From positions 1 to 54,765 of the forward strand of contig JAWXBZ010000112.1 in NCBI GenBank assembly GCA_034440375.1: 54,765 bases of DNA, in the 5' to 3' direction. The notes beneath the pieces were generated by a model. The model was given only the letters and a program-made list of their open reading frames with translations. It was not told the DNA's origin and ran no database searches. Positions 46,726 through 54,765 of the stretch are shown here, piece after piece; position 1 is the first letter of the stretch, and each line of letters starts with the position of its first letter. Position numbers and translations under genes: made by a program. Origin of the DNA: Candidatus Eiseniibacteriota bacterium. GTDB taxonomy: Bacteria > Eisenbacteria > RBG-16-71-46 > JABDJR01 > JAWXBZ01.

Positions 46726-47616
46726 ATGGCCCACGACACTCAGAGCCGAAAACTGGATGGCCTCCTGGCCTGCCCCGATTGCCGGTCCCCCCTGGCAACC
46801 ATTCCCCTGGCGTGCCCCGGGTGTGGTCGATTTTTCGAGGCGCCGGGGGGCGTTCCCCGCCTGCATCCGAAGGGATCGGACAGCGACAAGGCGGGCCAGC
46901 GCTTCTTCCTGGACGAACCTGGCCGCATGGAGCAACTGAGGCGGCGGCACGCCTGGCTGGCGCGGCTTCTGGAACTGCCTGATTTCACATCACCGAGCCG
47001 GGCGCTGCCGGGGTGCCGCGAGTGGCATCGAACGCAGGTGCGGGAGGGGCGCCCGGGGTATCGCGTCCTGAACCTCGGTTCGGGGGTGCACAAACTCTAC
47101 GCCAACCCGGGCCTGGTCAACTTTGATATCGCCGGCCATGACAACGTGGATGTCATCGGCGACGGCGAGCATCTCCCATTCCAGGACGGCGTGTTCGACG
47201 GCGTCGTGCTCGATGCCGTGATCGAGCATCTGGCCCGGCCGCGGCTGGTCGTGGACGAGGTGCGACGGGTGCTGAAGCCCGGTGGCACCGTGCTGGCGCA
47301 GGTGCCGTTTCTCTACCCGTTTCATGCGGCGCCGCATGACTATCAGCGATACACGCCGGCCGGCCTCGCCATGCTGTTCGAGTCCTTCGAGTTGCTCGAG
47401 TCCGGTACCGACCGTCGCCCCGGCCGCGCCGTGCTGGAAGTCGTCACCGCCTGGGCGGCCGGCTTCAGCAACAACCGCAAGATTTCCTACGCGCTGCGCT
47501 GGCTGACGGCCTGGGCCTGGCTGCCGATCAAGTTTCTGGATCCGTGGCTGGCTGGCAAGGAACGGGCCGAGTACGTGGCGGCGAGTGCGTCGATCCTGGC
47601 GCGGAAACGGGACTAG
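46726..47616 (+). CDS. class I SAM-dependent methyltransferase with N-terminal CxxC/CxxC domain
   Basis: LACPDC..CPGC, VLNLGSG, LPFQDGVFD, RVLKPGG, PHDYQRYT. Confidence 0.85.
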   Translation: MAHDTQSRKLDGLLACPDCRSPLATIPLACPGCGRFFEAPGGVPRLHPKGSDSDKAGQRFFLDEPGRMEQLRRRHAWLARLLELPDFTSPSRALPGCREWHRTQVREGRPGYRVLNLGSGVHKLYANPGLVNFDIAGHDNVDVIGDGEHLPFQDGVFDGVVLDAVIEHLARPRLVVDEVRRVLKPGGTVLAQVPFLYPFHAAPHDYQRYTPAGLAMLFESFELLESGTDRRPGRAVLEVVTAWAAGFSNNRKISYALRWLTAWAWLPIKFLDPWLAGKERAEYVAASASILARKRD

Positions 47617-48371
47617 AACCGCACCACCACCGCCCCGACCAGGTAGTTGATCAGGGCGAAGTTGTAGACCTCGTCCGTATCGGCGCCACCTTCCAGGATG
47701 CGATAGCCAAGACGGATCGAACTTTGTTCATCGAAATCGCGCCGCACTCCGGCGAAGACATCCTCGGCGCGCCCCTGCGGCCCAGCGAGCACATCGCCCT
47801 CAACGACCAGCCACCACGACTCGTGCAACCGCGCCTCGACATCGAAATTGATCAGCGGTACGAAGCCGACGTTCTTCCTGGCCGTGGTGACGCCGCCGCC
47901 GGCCAGCTCGATTTCGGCATCGCGGATCTTGCCGGTGAGGCCAATCCCCCAGCGAAAGTTTCCGCTCGGATCGACGTCATAGCGCCAGGTGAACCGGTAA
48001 GAGTTGAAGCGATAACGGGCCGCCATGTCCGTGTCGGCGGCAAAGGTCTGGCCGTTGAAGTTCACGGGCTCGTCGAACGAACCGGATGATTCGATCGTGA
48101 GCGGCGCCGCAAGTGCCAGGAAACGGTGACGATCGTTCAGCCGGTAGCCAAGCTGGATGCGGCCGACCCAGTCTTCCTGGCTCTTCAGATCGTCGGTTAG
48201 CGAGAAGTCGGTACCCGCGTTGCCGGGAATGCGGACATCATTGGAGGCCGCATACGCGCGTCCAACCTCGATGTCGACGTGCCAGGGGTGTTCGATCTAA
48301 CCGGCGGCTGCGGATTGGATGCCTGTCAGGCCGACGGCCAGGGTCAGCAGCAGGAGTCGGGTCAGGCACAT
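47613..48371 (-). pseudogene. outer-membrane beta-barrel-like protein interrupted by an in-frame TAG
   Basis: MCLTRLLLLTLAVGLTGIQSAAAG*IEHPWHVDIE...NDVRIPG... continues in frame to a C-terminal Phe. The TAG is at 48297-48299. Confidence 0.75.
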
Positions 48372-48514
48372 GGATCGTGGGGCCTCCTCGAAAACGATGA
48401 CCGCCGGCTGGTCCGGCAGATCCGAGAGGATAGCCGAGCGGGGAACCGGCGTGTACGACCGGCGACCATCCGCCGTCTGTCACTCCGACCCCCCTCCTGA
48501 TACGATGACCGGCC

Positions 48515-50026
48515 ATGTCCCATTCCTTCCGCAAAGTCCTGGTGGCCAATCGGGGCGAAATTGCCGTCCGCGTGCTTCGGGCGCTGCGCGAGCTAGGCAT
48601 CCCCTCGGTGGCGGTTTACTCCGAGGCGGACCGACTGGCGTTACATGTCCGCTTGGCCGACGAGGCCTTCCTGATCGGGCCGGCCCCCTCGCGCGAGTCG
48701 TACCTCCGCCCGGATCGGCTACTGGAAACGGCCCGTGTCTCGGGTGCCGATGCGATACATCCCGGCTACGGTTTTCTTTCCGAGAATGCCGCCTTCGCCC
48801 GAGAGTGCCAGGCGCAAGGAATCACGTTCATCGGACCGCCCCCCGAGGCCATCGAGATGATGGGAAACAAGGTGGTGGCCCGCGCGGCGGCGCGGAGGGC
48901 CGGGGCGCCGGTCGTGCCCGGCAGTGACGGACCGGTGGTTGATGAGGCCGATGCGATGCGGGTGGGCGCTGAAATCGGCTATCCCGTCATGCTGAAGGCC
49001 GCCGCCGGCGGCGGTGGCAAGGGAATGCGCGTCGTCCGAAGCGATGCCGAACTCCGCTCCGCATTGGCCCTCACCAGGGGGGAGGCTGCCTCGGCCTTCG
49101 GCGACGACGAAGTCTATATCGAGAAGTACATCGAGCGGCCGCGCCACATCGAAGTGCAGGTGCTGTTCGACGGCAATGGAAACGGAGTTCACCTGGGCGA
49201 ACGTGAATGCACGATCCAGCGCCGCCACCAGAAGGTGATCGAAGAGGCGCCGTCACCGACCCTCACGGCGGAGCGGCGGGAGGAAATGGGACAGGCGGCG
49301 TTGGCCATCGGCCGGGCGGCGGGCTACGTCAACGCCGGCACCATTGAATTCATTTATGCCGCCGACGGCCGATACTTCTTCCTCGAGATGAACACCCGAC
49401 TCCAGGTGGAGCATCCGGTCACCGAACTGGTGTACGACGTTGACCTGGTCAAGGAACAGATTCATATCGCCGCCGGTGGCTCGATGCGTTTGAGACAGGC
49501 CGACCTGATTCCGCGGGGCTGGGCCATTGAATGCCGCATTTATGCCGAAGACCCGTACCGGGGGTTCATGCCGATGACGGGTAGGATCGTGCGCCTGCGG
49601 ATGCCGTCCGGGCCGGGTGTTCGCAATGACATCGGCTTCTACCAGGGGTACGAAGTTCCGATTCATTACGATCCGATGCTGGCCAAGCTGTCCGTACATG
49701 GTCAGGATCGTGAGGAGGCCCGGCGGCGGATGCTGCGCGCGCTGGCGGAGTACCAGATCGACGGGCTCAAGACCTCGATCCCGTTCCATCGTTGGATGCT
49801 GCAGCGCCCCGAATTCGTGCGAGGGGAGTTCGATACCGGCACGATCGAGCGTGATTTCAAGGGGCTGTTGCCGGAGATCGATCCCGAGGCCGAGGCGGCG
49901 GCGATGATCGCGGCCGTGATTCACGTCCACGAGGGGACGACCGGCGCGGCGGTGGCGACCAATGGCGGTCCGCGTTCGATGAGTGCCTGGAAGCTGGCCG
50001 GGCGGCCCGGGCGGTTTTCGCGATGA
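48515..50026 (+). CDS. accC: acetyl/propionyl-CoA carboxylase biotin carboxylase subunit
   Basis: ANRGEIA, HPGYGFLSEN, GGGGKGMR, ERECTIQRRHQK, EMNTRLQVEHPVTE. Confidence 0.92.
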   Translation: MSHSFRKVLVANRGEIAVRVLRALRELGIPSVAVYSEADRLALHVRLADEAFLIGPAPSRESYLRPDRLLETARVSGADAIHPGYGFLSENAAFARECQAQGITFIGPPPEAIEMMGNKVVARAAARRAGAPVVPGSDGPVVDEADAMRVGAEIGYPVMLKAAAGGGGKGMRVVRSDAELRSALALTRGEAASAFGDDEVYIEKYIERPRHIEVQVLFDGNGNGVHLGERECTIQRRHQKVIEEAPSPTLTAERREEMGQAALAIGRAAGYVNAGTIEFIYAADGRYFFLEMNTRLQVEHPVTELVYDVDLVKEQIHIAAGGSMRLRQADLIPRGWAIECRIYAEDPYRGFMPMTGRIVRLRMPSGPGVRNDIGFYQGYEVPIHYDPMLAKLSVHGQDREEARRRMLRALAEYQIDGLKTSIPFHRWMLQRPEFVRGEFDTGTIERDFKGLLPEIDPEAEAAAMIAAVIHVHEGTTGAAVATNGGPRSMSAWKLAGRPGRFSR

Positions 50027-50559
50027 GGGGCAGTTACGTGGTGCAGGCCGGTGAGCGCCGGGTGATGGTCGAGATTCACGAGGTCGGCGATCTCTACGAG
50101 GTCACCATCGACGGCGTCATTCACCAGGTCGATTCACGGCGGGTCGGGGGCACGGACGTGCGCTCGATGATCATCAACGGACGCTCCTACGAAGCCAACA
50201 CCGTCCAGGAAGGCGATCGATGCGATGTCTACCTGAATGGCGACCTCTTCTCGCTCGATGTCTTCGATGAACTGTGGGCCCGGGCCCGCGAAGGAAAGTC
50301 CGATGGCGCCACGCGCGGTGAAACCATCCTGGCGCCGATCCCCGGAGCGGTCGTCAAGCTCCTGGTGACAACGGGAGATATCATCGCGGCCGGACAGGCC
50401 GTGGCGGTGCTCGAAGCCATGAAGATGCAGAACGAACTGACGGCCACCTGGGGCGGCCGGGTCGAGGATATCAAGGTGGCGCTCGGCGACACCGTGGCCG
50501 CCGGCACGCCGCTCATGACCCTGACACCGATTTCCGTCGACGCGCCGGCGGAAAGCTGA
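50023..50559 (+). CDS. biotin carboxyl carrier protein
   Basis: EAMKM biotinylation motif. Confidence 0.92.
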   Translation: MRGSYVVQAGERRVMVEIHEVGDLYEVTIDGVIHQVDSRRVGGTDVRSMIINGRSYEANTVQEGDRCDVYLNGDLFSLDVFDELWARAREGKSDGATRGETILAPIPGAVVKLLVTTGDIIAAGQAVAVLEAMKMQNELTATWGGRVEDIKVALGDTVAAGTPLMTLTPISVDAPAES

Positions 50560-50566
50560 GCAACGG

Positions 50567-52144
<1,578 letters not shown>

Positions 52145-52197
52145 TCGCACTCCAGCCCGGCTCCCGGCACCTGAAATGACTGAATCCGCCGAGGGTT

Positions 52198-53889
52198 ATG
52201 CCGATAACGGGGCTGATGACGCAACTTGCCTCGAACAGACCGGCGCCGGCGCGGGCAGCCGTGTGGTTCCCATTCGCGCGAATCGTCCTGCTTCTATTTC
52301 TCTCCCTCGTCTCCGGCTCGGCGGCACATTCACTGAATTCCATCGGGCAGAATGCAACGCCGCAGCGTGGGGGCGTGCTCCGCTTCGCCCAGGAACAGGT
52401 TTCAACACTCGATCCGATGGCGCTGGGCGATGTCTACTCGGCCACCGTGGCGGCCCAGATCCACCGCGGCCTCCTCTTCTACGGCACGAACCTGACGCCG
52501 ATGCCCGACCTGGCCGAAAGCTGGACCATCTCGCGGGACGGGCTCGATTACGTCTTCCGGATTCGGCAGGGCGCCCGGTTCCACAACGGCCGGGCTCTCA
52601 CGGTCCAGGATGTCATCTTCTCGTTCGAACGGATCTTCACGCCCGACGGTGACCCGGGGCTCGCGGGGCCATTCCTCAGTGTCATCGAGGGGGCCGACGA
52701 CTACGCCGCCGGCAGGGCCACACGGATTCGCGGCCTCACCGTCCTGTCGGAGCGCCATCTCCGTATCCGGCTGGAACGCCCGGCGACGCACTTCCTGTGG
52801 GCGCTGGCCATGACGCCGGCCGCGGTCGTCCCTCGAGAGGAGATTGCGCGGCTTGGCGAGGCCGGATTCGCCCGGCATCCGGTGGGCTGCGGGCCGTTTC
52901 GCCTGATTGCCGTCGATGACAGGCAGCTCACGCTGGTCGCATGGAAGGACTACTACCGGCGCACCGCCTGGCTGGACAGCCTCATCTTCATCACCTCCGA
53001 AGCCGCCGACCAGGACGCCACGGTAAAGGGGCTGCAGATGGGTCGATATGACATCACCGAGGTGCCCGGTACCCACCGGGAGTCGGTGGCCCGCTCGAAA
53101 ACAGTACGGCTGATAAGCCGGCGCGAGCTCTCGCTGTCTTTTCTTGCCCTCAATGTCAAACTTGCCCCATTCAAAAACCCCCTGGTCCGCCAGGCCATCG
53201 CCATGAGCACGGACCGGGCCGCCATTCTTCGACTCAATCCATCCGGCCAGGTAGTGGCCACCGGCGTCCTTCCGCCGGGGATGAGCTGCTATTCCCCGGA
53301 TGACAAGACGTACCCATTCGACATCGAGGGAGCCCGCCGCAAGCTGGCCGAGGCGGGTTTTCCGGGGGGACGCGGACTCAAACCGATTCCATATTGCACA
53401 TCGACCCGATCGGCCCGGGCGCAGGCCGTCGACTCGCTCCTGGTATCCAACTGGCGCAAGGCGGGACTGCCGGTCACTCATACCACGCTCACCTGGGTCG
53501 AACTGCAGCGGCGGATCGACGCCTTCGACATGCCGCTTTTTTCGCTGGCATGGGTGGCCGACATTCCCGACCCCGATTCCTTCGTCGGATCGCTGTTCGG
53601 GTCGACCTCGCCGAGCAATTACTCCCGGTACGCCAACGCCGAAGTTGATTCCCTGATCGCACTGGGGCGGATCATGGTCGATCCGCGGGCACGCCAGCTC
53701 ATCTACGGCCGTATCGAAAGGCTGGTGGTGCAGGACGTCCCGATTGTCCCCCTGTACACGACCACATCGGCCTACGGCGTGCGTCGCGGGATCTACGGTC
53801 TTGAGCTGACGCCGTTGGGTATCTCGTGCGTCGACCTGGCCAATGTCTGGATTGGAGAGCCGCAGGATGACCAGGCCCGGGTCAAGTAA
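52198..53889 (+). CDS. ABC transporter family 5 solute-binding protein
   Basis: LDP, PDLAESW..S.DGL.Y.F.IR...FHNG, PVGCGPF, VRQAI, WVADIPDPDSF. Confidence 0.88.
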   Translation: MPITGLMTQLASNRPAPARAAVWFPFARIVLLLFLSLVSGSAAHSLNSIGQNATPQRGGVLRFAQEQVSTLDPMALGDVYSATVAAQIHRGLLFYGTNLTPMPDLAESWTISRDGLDYVFRIRQGARFHNGRALTVQDVIFSFERIFTPDGDPGLAGPFLSVIEGADDYAAGRATRIRGLTVLSERHLRIRLERPATHFLWALAMTPAAVVPREEIARLGEAGFARHPVGCGPFRLIAVDDRQLTLVAWKDYYRRTAWLDSLIFITSEAADQDATVKGLQMGRYDITEVPGTHRESVARSKTVRLISRRELSLSFLALNVKLAPFKNPLVRQAIAMSTDRAAILRLNPSGQVVATGVLPPGMSCYSPDDKTYPFDIEGARRKLAEAGFPGGRGLKPIPYCTSTRSARAQAVDSLLVSNWRKAGLPVTHTTLTWVELQRRIDAFDMPLFSLAWVADIPDPDSFVGSLFGSTSPSNYSRYANAEVDSLIALGRIMVDPRARQLIYGRIERLVVQDVPIVPLYTTTSAYGVRRGIYGLELTPLGISCVDLANVWIGEPQDDQARVK

Positions 53890-54765
53890 GTCCGGCAAGC
53901 CCGGTAGCACCGTTCTCGAACGGCGCTTCATGCTGTCGATGACCGTCGTCATCCTGGCCCTCATGGGCCCGGCGATGGTCGTCGTGCAATTCCGGGCCGC
54001 CGAGCACTTCCAGGAGTCGGCCCAGGTCCGTGGCGCCTCGATGGCCCGCTCGATCGCGGCCGTCGCCACTCCCGCTCTGCTTGCCTACAACTACGTTGGC
54101 CTCGAGGACGCGGCCCGCGGGGCCAGCCAGGACGACGGCGTGGCCTATGTCATCATTCACGACAAGGAAGGGCTGGTGGCCGGTGACAGCCGCCGCCACG
54201 ACTTCGAAGCCACACGCAGCCGGGATCCGATCTCGGCCGCCGCCATTTCGGCACCCGAACTGCTGGTGCAGCGGGCCAGGTTCAACGGCCCCGCCGGCCC
54301 GGTCGATGTCCTTGATGTCGGCGTGCCGGTCTACGTGGCCAATTCCTCGGAGAAATGGGGCACGGTCCGGGTCGGCATCTCGCTCGAACCGGTGCGCCAG
54401 GCTGTCGGCCGGATCACCTGGAGCCTCGGCGCACTTGGGCTGCTCGGCTTCATTCTCTGTCTTCTGGGCGCCCGTTCCGCCTCGCGCAAGATCACCGGTC
54501 CCCTCCAGACGCTTCGCGAGGGAACCATGGTGCTGGCCCAGGGCAACCTGTCGCATCGCATGGAAATCGCCACCGGCGACGAAATCGAAGACCTGGCCTC
54601 CCACTTCAACCTGATGGCCGACCAGATTGGGGCCCGGGCCACCGAGGCGCGCGACGCCCGGGGAGCGCTGGAGGAGCTGAACGCCTCGCTCGAAAAGGAA
54701 GTGCGCCAGCGAACGGCCGCGCTCCAGAGTTCCGAAACACGCTATCGCGCCCTCGTCGAGGGATC
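53867..54765 (+). CDS. membrane sensor (probable histidine kinase) with periplasmic domain, HAMP and start of a PAS domain; truncated
   Basis: Manual translation from ATG 53867: two TM segments, GTVRVGIS, ITGPL..L...GNL....DEIEDLASHFNLM, SETRYRALVE. Confidence 0.8.
   Translation, partial: MTRPGSSKSGKPGSTVLERRFMLSMTVVILALMGPAMVVVQFRAAEHFQESAQVRGASMARSIAAVATPALLAYNYVGLEDAARGASQDDGVAYVIIHDKEGLVAGDSRRHDFEATRSRDPISAAAISAPELLVQRARFNGPAGPVDVLDVGVPVYVANSSEKWGTVRVGISLEPVRQAVGRITWSLGALGLLGFILCLLGARSASRKITGPLQTLREGTMVLAQGNLSHRMEIATGDEIEDLASHFNLMADQIGARATEARDARGALEELNASLEKEVRQRTAALQSSETRYRALVEG

Noticed and set aside
52402-54069. 555-aa minus-strand ORF, and similar long shadows such as 10174-11697, 45072-46703 and 50513-52150
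   Set aside because: Each lies opposite a well-supported gene and has no recognisable domains.

Overview
High-GC bacterial chromosomal segment. FlgD-Ig-type C-terminal domains and a TWxxLK C-terminal motif suggest an FCB-group candidate lineage such as Eisenbacteria or Latescibacterota (inference). The left part is a minus-strand housekeeping run: yicC-gmk-rpoZ-coaBC-UDG-dnaB(intein)-mlaEFD-radA-ispD-ispF. It is interrupted by partly decayed toxin-antitoxin-like cassettes (DUF4258/DUF2283 twice, DUF4160/DUF2442). The middle holds an NFACT gene, secreted proteins, a nucleotidyltransferase with an unannotated partner, an hcrCAB-like molybdoenzyme whose catalytic Glu is replaced by Gln, a membrane Ser/Thr kinase, YIP1 and an MFS transporter. 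The most striking element (33448-43621) is a tandem two-gene module: a cytoplasmic kinase-STAND ATPase-TPR protein followed by a small secreted protein. The two secreted partners are mutually homologous but carry different C-terminal sorting signals, IPTL-CTERM (with its exosortase H next door) versus a TWxxLK tail. The right part holds a CDGSH protein, fbp, lat, a methyltransferase, an amber-interrupted beta-barrel gene, a biotin carboxylase, a biotin carrier, a methylmalonyl-CoA mutase subunit, a family-5 solute-binding protein and a truncated sensor kinase. No rRNA, tRNA or CRISPR array was seen. All family assignments are from motif recognition, not database searches.
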